Assembly (NCBI GenBank): GCA_045106415.1
Contig: JBGCEP010000042.1
Span: forward strand, 1 to 50,710
Reading direction: 5' to 3'
DNA length: 50,710 nucleotides
From: Oligoflexales bacterium
Lineage (GTDB): Bacteria; Bdellovibrionota_B; Oligoflexia; Oligoflexales; Bog-1112
In this document: positions 20,749 to 31,662 of the stretch, one piece after another
How positions within the stretch are numbered: position 1 is the first letter of the stretch
Layout of the letters: each line of letters starts with the position of its first letter
The notes under the pieces: model-generated
Databases searched by the model: none
What the model was told of the DNA's origin: nothing
What the model saw: the letters and a program-made list of their open reading frames with translations, nothing else
Made by a program: the position numbers and the translations under genes

Positions 20749-21375
20749 ATGAAAAGTATACTTTTTTTTATTTTTTTTCTCTGCTGCTCTTGCTCAATTG
20801 TTGGTATTCAAGATGTTGAAGAACCGGAGTATGAGATTTTATCTACTTCAGATGAGGTCGAAATTCGCCAATATAAGTCTTACTGTACGGCTGAAACCAC
20901 AGTGAAAGGATCGTATAAAGATGCTCAGAGTCAAGGATTTCGGATTTTAGCTGCTTATATATTTGGTGATAATTTGGCGAAAGAAAAGATTGCCATGACG
21001 GCGCCAGTATCAAGAAAAAAAGAATCAACACAAATTGCAATGACAGCTCCAGTCTTGATTGCAAAAAAAGAAGAAAGCTGGATCATTACTTTTACAATGC
21101 CTGCTAAATATAATTTAGAGGATTTACCTAAACCTTTAGATAAAAGAATTTCTCTTAAAAAAAAACCTGCAAAAACATTGGCTGTTTTAGGTTTTAGTGG
21201 CTTTGCTACAGAAGAGAATGTTGAGTACTACAAGGATCATCTCTCTCGGTGGCTTAAAAAATCATCGTCTTTATACATAAAAATGAGCTCAGCTGTTGTT
21301 GCTGGATATAATCCTCCATGGACACTGCCGTTTTTACGACGGAATGAAATTATGTACGAAGTGCGCAAAAAGTAG
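20749..21375 (+). CDS. SOUL heme-binding protein, probable lipoprotein
   Basis: EEPEY, EIRQY, GFRILAAYIFG, twice IAMTAPV, YNPPWTLPFLRRNE. Confidence 0.93.
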   Translation: MKSILFFIFFLCCSCSIVGIQDVEEPEYEILSTSDEVEIRQYKSYCTAETTVKGSYKDAQSQGFRILAAYIFGDNLAKEKIAMTAPVSRKKESTQIAMTAPVLIAKKEESWIITFTMPAKYNLEDLPKPLDKRISLKKKPAKTLAVLGFSGFATEENVEYYKDHLSRWLKKSSSLYIKMSSAVVAGYNPPWTLPFLRRNEIMYEVRKK

Positions 21376-21446
21376 ACTATAATTATAGATATTCTATAAA
21401 TCTGTTTGTTTAAATTTTTAGTGAAGTCTTCATGATTTTCTTTATA

Positions 21447-22588
21447 TACTGATATGGTTTGAAATTCTCCATTTTATATAAAGCTATTCCCAGGGCCGAT
21501 GGTTTGCGGGATATTAACAGCGCTGGCCATTTATTGTGAGATCTGTATGCTGCCAAAAAAATTCTTATCAGAAGATTAATGCCAAGAACTCCTCTCAGAG
21601 CTTCGAATCGAGCGTGAACGTAGATGTGCAGATAGAATCCGAGTGATCTTATTGGTCGACGAGGGCCGCGGCTATAGTGGTATTGCCACTTTTCTTTTTC
21701 TTGATGAAAAGACAATCCGTAATTGGAAGCGTTGATATGAAGAAAGAGGAGTTGAAAAACTTGTTAATGACGGCGACATGGGTCGAGCAAGCCTTTTGAG
21801 TGATGAGCAAATCAAAATTTTCGGAGAGCACCTTTCAACGTGGATATTTACCACGACTTGTCAAATTGTCAGTTTTGTAAAATTAGAATTTGGAGTTCAA
21901 TATACGATTGGTGGAATGATCAGTTTGTTGCATCGATTAGGCTTCTCTTACAAGAAAGCAAAAGGTGTTCCTGCAAAAGCTAATGCGAATGCGCAACAAA
22001 GCTTTATTGAAGAGTATCAAAAGTGAAGAAAAAATGCCTTGTTTATTTCGCTGACTCAAAACACCTGACTTGATAATCAGTTTTGCCATATGGCTGGATC
22101 AAACCCGGCGAAGATTTTGAAGGCAAAACATCTTCAGGGTCAGTCAATATTAACGGAGCTGTTGAACTGACAGCGCAAGATGTTATCAGCATAAATTGTC
22201 AGACCGTTAATCAGCAGTCTATGTGTGATTTGCTGCGCGCTATGTGCAAGAAAAATTCGGAGAAAAAAAGATTTTCCTTGTCCTGGATAATGTAGCTTAT
22301 CATAAAGCATTATCTGTACGTGAATTGAATCGCAAGCTCAATATCGAAATCTTATATTTATTTCTCCCCATATTCTTAAGACTTAAATCCTATTGAGAGG
22401 CTGTGAAAGTTTATGAAAAAAGAGACCATGGCGAATCAATATTATGAGATTTCTAGACAGTGTTAAGAAATCTATTGCCAGTTTTTTCTGAGGTATCAAA
22501 AAAAATAAAAATCGACTGGAATCATTATTGAATGATAATTTTCAAATTATGGGTGCTTAGCACCGGGAAATTTCAAACCGGATCAGTA
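21447..22588 (+). mobile_element. Degenerate copy of the IS630 element at 992-2136 (transposase pseudogene)
   Basis: Colinear nucleotide similarity to 992-2136; right IR intact, left IR eroded; TA flanks; multiple stops and frameshifts. Confidence 0.95.
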
Positions 22589-22824
22589 TAGATAGGTGTG
22601 TTGATCAGAAACAAAATCACTCAGGTTGTAAAAAAGTTTTGTTCGGATGGGTGCAAGGTGTTAATAGCAGTCTTTTTAAATAAACAAAGCGATTGAAGGT
22701 GGATGCGTGAGGTTTTGATATTAAAGGATTTTGATTCAAGCGTCTGATTTAATTGTTTTTATTTTGGGCTCTCTTGTGTTCCGTGCTGTGATGCCGATAA
22801 ATATAATGGTGGTTATACAAAAAC

Positions 22825-24033
22825 ATGAGTAGTGGTATGAACCAGAAATTATTGATTGTTCTTTCGTATTGGTTTTCAACCTTTGTGGAGGGAGCAACAC
22901 GAATCATTATCCCTCTATATTTAACGAGTATAGGAATCACAGCAACAAAAATTGCAGTGATCTTTTTCTTATTTGAAGCTTTTGGTTTGTTTACAAATAT
23001 TTATGCAGGGTTTTTCATTAATAGGTATGGGTATAAGTTGTCTTTTGTGTTGTCTTTATTAATGCATACATGTGCAAGCATCATTTTCGTATGTGTTGAG
23101 CCCGGTATGCTTCCTATGACTGTTTTAGGGATCTCAAGTATTGCTCACTCGTTAAGAGGAGTTGCGAAAGAGCTGATAAAGACGACAAGCAGTGCTTATA
23201 TTAAACAAGGAGAATCTAAATCTCGTGTGATTCAAGTTCTTCTTGGGGGAAAAGACACAACCAAGGGGATTGGTATTTTATGTGGTGGTTTTTTACTGAC
23301 ATGGTTTAATTTTCATTCCTCTTTTTATTTTTTAGGTATGATCACATTTTGTGTTCTTGTTGTTTCTATACTGTGGATTGAAGATTTTAGAGAAAAGAAA
23401 AAAGCTGACTTTAAAGATTTTTGGAACCCGAAGTCCACAATGAAGACTTTGGCTTTTTCTAGAGCTTTTTTATATGCAGGACGAGATTTTTGGTTAGTTG
23501 TTGCGATTCCTGTTTATGCATCACAAACAAATATTTCACAAACTGAAATTTCAGGGTTGTTAGCTTTTGGTCTTATTTGCTTTGGTCTTATACAGCCATC
23601 GTTTGGAAATTTTATGAAAATAAAATTTTCAAATAAAAATAAATGGAAGAATACAGAAGTCTTATGGGTTCTACCTGCAATTTTAGCCCCAATTCCTTTG
23701 ATGTTATTAGTAACAACTTTAAATATTTGGTCGTTAGCAATCATTATAGCATTCTATAATATTCTTGCCGGCATGGCGACAGTCCCGCATAATAGTTTGC
23801 ATGTTAAGTTTGCTCGCAAGAAAAGAGCATCTGTTGATATTTCTTACTATAAGACTATTGGGCAAATAGGAAAAACGATAGCCGTCTTGGCCTCAGGGTA
23901 CCTATTTGATGTTTTTGGTTTAACGGGTTGTTTAATTGCTTCTTCTAGCTCTCTTTTTATGTCATCTGTGATGAGCTTTTCTTTAAGAAAAACAAAACAA
24001 GAGCAAGAAACTGTGCGAAAAGAAAAAAGGTGA
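22825..24033 (+). CDS. MFS transporter, divergent ArsJ-like
   Basis: YW..T..EGA.R, FEAFGLFTN..AG, LRGVAKEL.K, GGKDTTKGIG...GG, AR/SR.FL...RD.W.VVA.PVY follow the ArsJ motif order. Confidence 0.75.
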   Translation: MSSGMNQKLLIVLSYWFSTFVEGATRIIIPLYLTSIGITATKIAVIFFLFEAFGLFTNIYAGFFINRYGYKLSFVLSLLMHTCASIIFVCVEPGMLPMTVLGISSIAHSLRGVAKELIKTTSSAYIKQGESKSRVIQVLLGGKDTTKGIGILCGGFLLTWFNFHSSFYFLGMITFCVLVVSILWIEDFREKKKADFKDFWNPKSTMKTLAFSRAFLYAGRDFWLVVAIPVYASQTNISQTEISGLLAFGLICFGLIQPSFGNFMKIKFSNKNKWKNTEVLWVLPAILAPIPLMLLVTTLNIWSLAIIIAFYNILAGMATVPHNSLHVKFARKKRASVDISYYKTIGQIGKTIAVLASGYLFDVFGLTGCLIASSSSLFMSSVMSFSLRKTKQEQETVRKEKR

Positions 24034-24284
24034 TCTATTGAGTCTGATAAATTTAATTATTTTGATCTCGAATGTTTTTTTATTTGCCCAGGTCGGATAT
24101 GCGCTTCAGGCTGATTTTTTTTCAGATTGTTACATTCTCTCTAAGTTTTGGGAGGGCTTTATTTTATTAAATGTTCCATTAATCATTTTAAATATTTTCT
24201 CAAATTTTTTCTTTCTATAAATATTTAAAATGATTCTGCATGGATTGTTTCATAAGATATAGATAATTATTTATATAGATTTTT

Positions 24285-25757
24285 TTAGACAAGATGTATT
24301 TTATTTTTTTCTTGATTGAGTTTCACTCTTTGAGTGAAACTAGGCTCGATTAAGTGGTTCTTATGATTAAATTGAATTAAAAAATCCATGCTTGTTTCTT
24401 GACTCGAGATAATGATGTGATTTTGTTCCATGTATATATTGATTGTTTCTTGATGAGGTAGAATTTTCGCAAGTTTTTTTGCGATTTTTAGTATATTAGT
24501 GAGTGTTGTAATAGTGGTGCCATTATGCTTATGATTTGTTGGCTGATGGTCTTCTGCAGTGTTTTTATGTTGTTGATTTAAAATAGATGAGACATATAAT
24601 TTGTCATTTTCACTTAGTGTGGGAGTAACAATATGTTTGATGATGTAAGCTCCATGTTTCCCATGATTATTATGGTTGATGAATTTTCCGATGCAATGCA
24701 ACTGACAGGATTTTCGCAGTATGGATGAGAAGTTTGTGATGTTTAATTGTGAGTGAAGAGTGTGAAATATTTTCATGGCAAAATATTCAACTCGGTCTGC
24801 TTTTTTTATGTTTATGAGAAACTTATCTTGTATATTTTTAATGGAGATATCGTTGTCAGTATTCATATGAAGGTAATTTACAATAAGACCTTCACGTATA
24901 CCTGCATTACAGATTTTAAGAGAATTAATATGAAGTTTTTTTAATATTTGAATTAGGATAGCTGTTCCAAACAGAATGGATTCAGATCGAGCTATGTCGA
25001 GGTTGAATTTTTTTTGAATTACACTAGGTTTTTTAGCCTGTATGAGTTTTTTATAGATATTTTCTATTTCATGGAGAGGAATTTCGTGATTATTTGTCTT
25101 TTTTTGTTTTTGAGTATTGATATATATTTTTCCTAGAGCTTTTATTGTTCCAGAGCATCCGATTGAAGATGTCCATTCTTCTTTAGGAAGAGAAAGTGAG
25201 GATATTTTATTCTTAATATAGGTTTCAACTTCCTCTATGTTTTCATATTTTTTAAATTTTTCTGACAAAAGGACAGCCCCTAAGCTTAAGGACCTGGAAT
25301 AATAGTTTTGTTTTCCTTGAAAGATAAAAACTTCAGTCGAACCACCGCCTAAATCAATCCCTAAGAATTTTTCGTTATCTATATTCATTTTAGACTGTAT
25401 GCCTAAAGCTGAGAGTTTAGCTTCTTCTTCCCCGTTGATGAAGTGTAGATTGAGTCCTGTTTCTAATGTGACTCTTTTTTGAAAATACAAGAAATTTTCA
25501 GATATCCGAGCAATATGTGTTGCGACTATAAGGTAGTGTGGAGAATAGTGATCAGCTGTATCTTTCATTTCTTGTAATGTTTGGATAGCTTTTATAATTC
25601 CTTTTTCAGTAATATGGCTTTCCTTATTAAGGAAAGACCCTAACATAATTGATTTTTTTCTTTTCTCTAAAATAGAGACCTGTTTTTTTTTGTTGATACT
25701 GACGATCACCATATGAATGGAATTTGTACCGATATCAATAGCTGCAATATTTTTCAT
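24285..25757 (-). CDS. ppx: Ppx/GppA exopolyphosphatase
   Basis: AAIDIGTNSIHM, GEEEA, DLGGGSTE, GIREG; coupled to ppk1. Confidence 0.93.
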   Translation of the reverse strand: MKNIAAIDIGTNSIHMVIVSINKKKQVSILEKRKKSIMLGSFLNKESHITEKGIIKAIQTLQEMKDTADHYSPHYLIVATHIARISENFLYFQKRVTLETGLNLHFINGEEEAKLSALGIQSKMNIDNEKFLGIDLGGGSTEVFIFQGKQNYYSRSLSLGAVLLSEKFKKYENIEEVETYIKNKISSLSLPKEEWTSSIGCSGTIKALGKIYINTQKQKKTNNHEIPLHEIENIYKKLIQAKKPSVIQKKFNLDIARSESILFGTAILIQILKKLHINSLKICNAGIREGLIVNYLHMNTDNDISIKNIQDKFLINIKKADRVEYFAMKIFHTLHSQLNITNFSSILRKSCQLHCIGKFINHNNHGKHGAYIIKHIVTPTLSENDKLYVSSILNQQHKNTAEDHQPTNHKHNGTTITTLTNILKIAKKLAKILPHQETINIYMEQNHIIISSQETSMDFLIQFNHKNHLIEPSFTQRVKLNQEKNKIHLV

Positions 25758-27850
25758 GATTTTTTCTTTCTTAAATCATGAGGTTTTTTTTGTTGAATAC
25801 CAGTTTTTCTAGCTATATCTATAAATTTTTGTTGAGATTTATCTTGATTGTCGTGATTTGATTCCCAGGTTCCATTGGGATTTAAAATGTGAGATTTGCA
25901 TTTGTCATTTAAATAAGTATGGAGAATTTCGTTGTAAACTCTATCGACCAAATCTGGATCTAAAATAGGAAACATGAGCTCGATGCGCCGGTCCATGTTT
26001 CTATTCATCCAATCACAACTCCCTAGAAAAAGTCTAGGATTTTTATTGGAATGGAAATAAAAAATTCGGCTGTGCTCTAGAAAACGATCAATGATTGAAA
26101 TCACAGTAATGTTCTCGCTTACTTTAGGTATATTTGTTTTTAAACAGCATATACCTCTGACGAGGAGTGTTATTTTGACGCCAGAGCATGAGGCTTGATA
26201 TAAAGCTTCTATGATTTCTCGATCTTCTAATCCATTTATTTTAGCGACAATACAACCATTTTTATGAATTTTGTGAGAAGATATTTCTTTTTTAATTTCT
26301 TTAATTGTTTTTTTTCTAAGATTTAAAGGAGCAACAGCAATTGTTTTAAATAAAGGAACTTTATTAAACAACGTATCTTTTCTGAAGATATTGTAGCCAG
26401 TAATAATATTAAAAAGAAGATTGACTTCTTTTGTGATTTCGTGACGACAGGTTAATAAACCAAGATCCGTGTAGGATTTTGCTGTCTGATCATTATAGTT
26501 TCCTGTGGACAGGTGTGCATAAGTTTGAAATCCAGAATCTTCTTCTCTTGTAATAAGGCATGCTTTGCAATGTATTTTTAGCCCCATTGTTCCATAAATA
26601 ACTCGGACTCCTTTTTTCTCAAGCTTTCTTGCCCAATAAATATTGTTTTTCTCATCAAATCTTGCTTTTATTTCTACAATAACAGTGACAAGTTTGCCGC
26701 GCTCAGCGGCTTCTATAAGAGACTCTAAAATAGGTGAGTCTTCTGTTACTCTATATAATGTAATTTTAATAGATCGAACAAAAGAATCTTTTGCTGCTTC
26801 TTGAATAAAATCAATAATGAGAGAAAAACTCTCATAAGGGTGATGAAGCAATATATCTTTTTCTTTTATAAGATCGAATTTTGACTGAGATTGATAGACA
26901 GAAGTTGGTATCCGAGGTGTAAAAGAAGGGAATTTGAGGTCTGGACGATGAAGTTGACACAGCGGAAGAAGAGAGTGGATAGGATATGGAGAAGTGCTAT
27001 TCCATGTTTTTTCATCATTGATTTTTAAAATTTTTTGAATTTCTTTGACAATGTTTTTAGGTGTGTGTTTATCTATTTCTAGGCGAATGACTTCTTGGAA
27101 TTCTCTTTTTTGAACTTCGGTCTTAATGGATGTTAGCAAATCAGAGATAGAACTTTCATGCAAATTGTAATCTAAGTTTCTTATGACTCGTAAATAGTAT
27201 GTCTTAATAATTTTAGGACCAAAAATTATTTCTTCAATAAAGCATCGTGTGATTTCTGTTGTTAAAGAATAAACGCCGTGATCAATTTCAAAAACTTCTG
27301 GAAGATTATCTGGTATTTGAATAAAACCTTTAGAGTAAGTGGGACTGTCATCAAAGATAAACATGAGATACATATTTTGATTTGTTAAAAAAGGATATGG
27401 GTGTGCAGCATCAACAACAAGAGGTGTCATTAAAGGAGAAATTTTTTGAGAAAAAATATGGTGAGCTTTTTTTCTTTCCTTAGGAGTCCATTGATCAGGA
27501 TGCTTTAAGAAGATTCCTTCTTTTTCTAAAGTAGGAAAAATTTTCTTAGTGACAATATCGTGGCATTTTTTTCGTAATTTGAGAGCGTGATTTTCAATAT
27601 CATCTAAAAGTTTTTCTGAAGTCTCATATGTATGATGATCCCATGGAAGTTCACCCTCATTAAGCGCTGCTTGTATCCCAGCAACTCTCACCATGAAGAA
27701 CTCTTCAAGGTTCCTAGAGAAAATGCAACAAAACCGAAGTTTTTCAAGTACCGGTGTTTCTGCTAAAGAAGCTTCATTAAGGACTCTGGAATTAAAGTCA
27801 AGCCAGCTGAGCTCTCTATTTAAGAATCTATTTTGATTATTCTTTTCGAT
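25754..27850 (-). CDS. ppk1: Polyphosphate kinase 1 (extended 52 codons upstream of the ORF-track start)
   Basis: NRELSWLDFN...LEEFFMVRVAG, HHPYESF, TLYR, KARFDE, LKIHCK, HLSTGNYN, RFLEHSRI; frame open from ATC 27850. Confidence 0.95.
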   Translation of the reverse strand: MEKNNQNRFLNRELSWLDFNSRVLNEASLAETPVLEKLRFCCIFSRNLEEFFMVRVAGIQAALNEGELPWDHHTYETSEKLLDDIENHALKLRKKCHDIVTKKIFPTLEKEGIFLKHPDQWTPKERKKAHHIFSQKISPLMTPLVVDAAHPYPFLTNQNMYLMFIFDDSPTYSKGFIQIPDNLPEVFEIDHGVYSLTTEITRCFIEEIIFGPKIIKTYYLRVIRNLDYNLHESSISDLLTSIKTEVQKREFQEVIRLEIDKHTPKNIVKEIQKILKINDEKTWNSTSPYPIHSLLPLCQLHRPDLKFPSFTPRIPTSVYQSQSKFDLIKEKDILLHHPYESFSLIIDFIQEAAKDSFVRSIKITLYRVTEDSPILESLIEAAERGKLVTVIVEIKARFDEKNNIYWARKLEKKGVRVIYGTMGLKIHCKACLITREEDSGFQTYAHLSTGNYNDQTAKSYTDLGLLTCRHEITKEVNLLFNIITGYNIFRKDTLFNKVPLFKTIAVAPLNLRKKTIKEIKKEISSHKIHKNGCIVAKINGLEDREIIEALYQASCSGVKITLLVRGICCLKTNIPKVSENITVISIIDRFLEHSRIFYFHSNKNPRLFLGSCDWMNRNMDRRIELMFPILDPDLVDRVYNEILHTYLNDKCKSHILNPNGTWESNHDNQDKSQQKFIDIARKTGIQQKKPHDLRKKKS

Positions 27851-27981
27851 GAGAAGTCCTTACAACTTGGCGTGGAAACCATTGTTAAAAATTATACTCA
27901 AATCAGAGTGTGTGAAGTTACAGTAATTTATACCTATCTCTATGATAGTTTTTATGAGATGAAATTATTTTCGTATAAGAC

Positions 27982-28009
27982 AAAAAAAACGCCTCAAGTT
28001 AGAGGCGTT
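27982..28009 (-). terminator. Intrinsic terminator of pepN
   Basis: AACGCCTC/GAGGCGTT stem followed by a U-tract on the minus strand. Confidence 0.8.
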
Positions 28010-28039
28010 CTATGGTTATGATGAATTTGTCAGAATTAT

Positions 28040-30649
28040 TTATGAAGAAATAATAGTTGTTAAAACTTCATAGAGATCATTTGAAAGTTTGTTATTGAGG
28101 ACACTTTGAATGTGTTGTTTGACAAGGATTTGTCTTTCTGAGGAAAATGTCCTCCAGTGGCTAAATGATCGAGCAATTCCTGAAGCAATCTGAGGATTGA
28201 CAGGGTCTAAATCAATAAGAAGATCTGCGATGAATTTATATCCATCACCAGAAATATGGTGAAAACTTTGCAAGTTCTGCCGAGTGAAAGAACGGACCAT
28301 AGAACGAACCCTATTCGGGTTTTGAAGATTAAATTCAGGGTGCTCTCTTAAATTTTTGATATGATTCATATCAGGAAAATGTGGACATGATGCTTCCAAA
28401 GAAAACCAAGAATTCAAAAGAAGTGAATCGTTCTTCCATTTTTTATAAAATTCATTCATAGCTTCTTGGCGTTCATCTAGGCCCCATTGATTTAAGCACT
28501 GAAGAGCACTTTGTACGATAGACATTTGAGGGTGTTGTGTCGCATCTTTTTGAAGTGAGGCTAGGATAGACGGTTCATGAAGAGAGGTCAGTAAAAGATG
28601 GATAGAATGACGAAGGCTGCGTCTCCCTATGGCATCGGCACTCATGGATGACAAATCACTGTGATTTAAACGTTGTAGATGTTTTAAAAATATTTCTCGG
28701 TGAAATTCTGTGAATTTTTCACAGAATATTTTTCGAGCTTTAAGTAACGACTCGAGTGATCCTTCAAAATTGAGAGAAAGTTCATATTCAGATGGTATTT
28801 TAAGAATAAGACCTAGTTGAGCATCTGAGAGACCCTCTTCAAGGATACTTGTGAAATCATCAAAAAGATCTTCTTCAATGTTTTTCCCCTGAGCAAGAAC
28901 AAAAATTGCCTCTGAAATGATTTTTTGAGCGCAATCCCATCGGATAAAAGGATCTTGGTCATGCCGTAGCAGAGTCCTTTTATGTTTCTCGTCCTCGAAT
29001 GAATTTTGCAGTTTTATAGGTGCAGAAAAACTTCGAAAAAGAGAAGGTACAGGCTTAGAATCTAGACCAGTAAATATCCATGACTGTTCGTTTTGTGTGA
29101 AATGAAGAGTCGTTTGTGTCCCATGATTTTGACCAAGTAAGTTTAATGGTGCTGGACGACCATCTTTAGTTAAGAGTCCCATCTTGACAGGAATATGGCG
29201 AGGAGGCTGAGCGACAGTCATATCTTGAATAGAGACAAACTGCTGTAATGTGAGGGTCCATTCTTTTTTTGACTCATCCCATGATTCTTTTTGTATGACT
29301 GTCGGTGTTCCAGGCTGGGTATACCACAAGAAAAATTGTTCTAGATTTTTTCCTGAAGCATCTTCCATTGCTTTGATGAAATCTTCTTGTGTTACAGCTT
29401 GACCATCATGACGTTCAAAGTAGAGATCAATACCTTTACGGAAATTCTTCTTTCCTAGAAGGTGATAGATCATTCTTATAACCTCTGCGCCTTTTTCATA
29501 TACTGTTGCTGTATAAAAGTTGTTTATTTCTATAAAGTGATCAGGTCTTGGAGGGTGCGCCATAGGTCCATTGTCTTCAGGAAATTGATGTTCACGTAAA
29601 AGTTGAACATTTTTTATTCTTTCAACGTCTCTATCGCCCATGTCAGCTGAAAATTCTTGATCACGAAAAACTGTTAGCCCTTCTTTTAAGCATAATTGAA
29701 ACCAATCTCTGCATGTTACTCGATTGCCGGTCCAATTATGAAAATATTCATGACCGATTGTCGCTTCGACAGCTTGCCAAGTTTGATCAGTACAGCTACT
29801 AGGATGAGCGTAAATTAAAGCGGAATTAAAAACGTTGAGCCCTTTATTCTCCATCGCTCCAAAATTAAAATCAGGAGTTGCAACGACCATATATTTATCC
29901 AGATCACACTCGAGCCCATAAATTTTTTCATCCCACTCCATGGATCTGATTAAACTTTCCATTGCATGCTCACAGCGCTGGATATCTTTATGAGGTGCAT
30001 AAATAGAAAGCTCAACTTGTCGACCGCTTGAGGTTGTGAAGTCTCTTCTCATCTCGCCAAAGTTTCCAGCGACAAGAGCAAAAAGGTAACTTGGTTTTGG
30101 CCAAGGATCTGACCATAACCAGGAGGATTCTCCTGATGAGTGGTCTTCTTGATGAAGCACGTTACCGTTACTTAATAATTGAGGAAAGTCATTTGTATTT
30201 CCTGTGACTTTTACTTCATAAACACTTAAAATATCTGGTCTGTCGTAAAACCAAGTGATTCTACGAAACCCTTCAGCTTCACATTGAGTGAACAGATTTG
30301 TGCCAGAAAGATAGAGTCCTGATAAGGCTGTGTTGGCTTTTGGGTTGATTTCAGTATGAGTCTTGAGAGTAAATTCCTTGGGAGGGTGTTGGATTTTCAG
30401 CCCCTCATTTGACAATTCGATTTTTCCTGTTGTGTCAGAATCTAGCGTGGCGGAATGAGTAGTGAAATGCTCTCCATGGAGTTCAATGGTGTCTCCTACA
30501 TGCCCATCTCTGGCATGAAATAGAACTTCACTACGAACGTGTACAGCTTCAGTGCTAAGGATGTGAAATTCTAATTTCACTTTTGGGATAGAGTAAGGTG
30601 TGGGGCTATAATCTCGGAGATATTTTGTTTTTGATGCTGGAATTGACAC
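28040..30649 (-). CDS. pepN: Aminopeptidase N
   Basis: TQCEAEGFR, GAMENKGLN, HEYFH...LKEG zinc motif, NPNRVRS. Confidence 0.97.
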   Translation of the reverse strand: MSIPASKTKYLRDYSPTPYSIPKVKLEFHILSTEAVHVRSEVLFHARDGHVGDTIELHGEHFTTHSATLDSDTTGKIELSNEGLKIQHPPKEFTLKTHTEINPKANTALSGLYLSGTNLFTQCEAEGFRRITWFYDRPDILSVYEVKVTGNTNDFPQLLSNGNVLHQEDHSSGESSWLWSDPWPKPSYLFALVAGNFGEMRRDFTTSSGRQVELSIYAPHKDIQRCEHAMESLIRSMEWDEKIYGLECDLDKYMVVATPDFNFGAMENKGLNVFNSALIYAHPSSCTDQTWQAVEATIGHEYFHNWTGNRVTCRDWFQLCLKEGLTVFRDQEFSADMGDRDVERIKNVQLLREHQFPEDNGPMAHPPRPDHFIEINNFYTATVYEKGAEVIRMIYHLLGKKNFRKGIDLYFERHDGQAVTQEDFIKAMEDASGKNLEQFFLWYTQPGTPTVIQKESWDESKKEWTLTLQQFVSIQDMTVAQPPRHIPVKMGLLTKDGRPAPLNLLGQNHGTQTTLHFTQNEQSWIFTGLDSKPVPSLFRSFSAPIKLQNSFEDEKHKRTLLRHDQDPFIRWDCAQKIISEAIFVLAQGKNIEEDLFDDFTSILEEGLSDAQLGLILKIPSEYELSLNFEGSLESLLKARKIFCEKFTEFHREIFLKHLQRLNHSDLSSMSADAIGRRSLRHSIHLLLTSLHEPSILASLQKDATQHPQMSIVQSALQCLNQWGLDERQEAMNEFYKKWKNDSLLLNSWFSLEASCPHFPDMNHIKNLREHPEFNLQNPNRVRSMVRSFTRQNLQSFHHISGDGYKFIADLLIDLDPVNPQIASGIARSFSHWRTFSSERQILVKQHIQSVLNNKLSNDLYEVLTTIISS

Positions 30650-30738
30650 GTGATATACCTCTATAAATCGAGTTTCTAGAAAAATCTAGTGGAAGTGTAA
30701 CCGAGCTTTGATGTCTTTTCCATGATTTAAGGTATGAA

Positions 30739-31635
30739 ATGTTTGATCAAGACCTTATAAAACTAAGTCCTCGTTATTGTAAATCTCAATGGGTCTGTCC
30801 GCCTCAAAGAAAAGATCAACAATTGATTGTTTTTATCTGCCCTCATGGAGGTGAAGGAAAACTGTTCTTAGAGCATTATCAAGAAATTTTTGCAGCTTTT
30901 CCTGGTGATAGAAAATCTTTCTTCCAAAATTATTTGGATATAGAGCAAGATAAAGGAGCGTGGGAATGGACAACTGAAATTTGTAATCAAATGAAACTAG
31001 AGAATCAAGATATAGCAATATTAAAAGTCCTATTTGACTTCCCCCGAGGTGTTTTAGACGGAGGAAGAAAAGTTGAATATTGTATTGGAGAAATGCTTCC
31101 TAAGTTTCTTCTAGATAAGTATTCGATAGAGTGGAGAAAGATTCAAAGTGATCTTATTCAGTATTTAGAATGTGTTTATCAAGAAGTCAGAAGAACTCAG
31201 GGTTTGCTTTTGGATTTGCATACAATGGCCCCTCACTGTCGTATTGATGAAGAACCAAGGATATATGATTTATTAGAGCGTTATTTAGATTCTTACTCAG
31301 TCATGGACGGAGCTCGGAGATCTTGGGACCTTATTGTTGGAGAGAAAGATGGAGTGATTCTTGCTGATAAAAAGATGATGACGATGATGTGTGAAAGCTT
31401 AGTTGAGAGCGATGTCTCTTATAAAATAAATGACCCTTATCCGGCTGCCCCTGCTTATCTTATGCATCTTCATATGTCCAAGTGCCCAACAATTGCGATT
31501 GATATACCAAAGACAGAGTTATGTGATTCAAGTCGTAGCTGGAGTTTAAATGATTTTGATGTAGACCCAAACCGAGTCAAGTTTTGTGCTGCTATTGTTG
31601 TGAAAGCTTTGAAAAAATGGATGGGTTGTGTATGA
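30739..31635 (+). CDS. N-formylglutamate amidohydrolase-like protein
   Basis: CPHGG, D..D, PRGVLDGGR, LLDLHTM, INDPY resemble FGase-fold motifs. Confidence 0.55.
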   Translation: MFDQDLIKLSPRYCKSQWVCPPQRKDQQLIVFICPHGGEGKLFLEHYQEIFAAFPGDRKSFFQNYLDIEQDKGAWEWTTEICNQMKLENQDIAILKVLFDFPRGVLDGGRKVEYCIGEMLPKFLLDKYSIEWRKIQSDLIQYLECVYQEVRRTQGLLLDLHTMAPHCRIDEEPRIYDLLERYLDSYSVMDGARRSWDLIVGEKDGVILADKKMMTMMCESLVESDVSYKINDPYPAAPAYLMHLHMSKCPTIAIDIPKTELCDSSRSWSLNDFDVDPNRVKFCAAIVVKALKKWMGCV

Positions 31636-31662
31636 TGTTTCACATATTTCTAGAGGTTTAAA

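Noticed and set aside
27915..27962. Pho box upstream of ppk1 (CTCAT/CTATCAT/CTGTAAC on the minus strand)
   Set aside because: Half-site spacing is 12 and about 25 nt, not the 11-nt period
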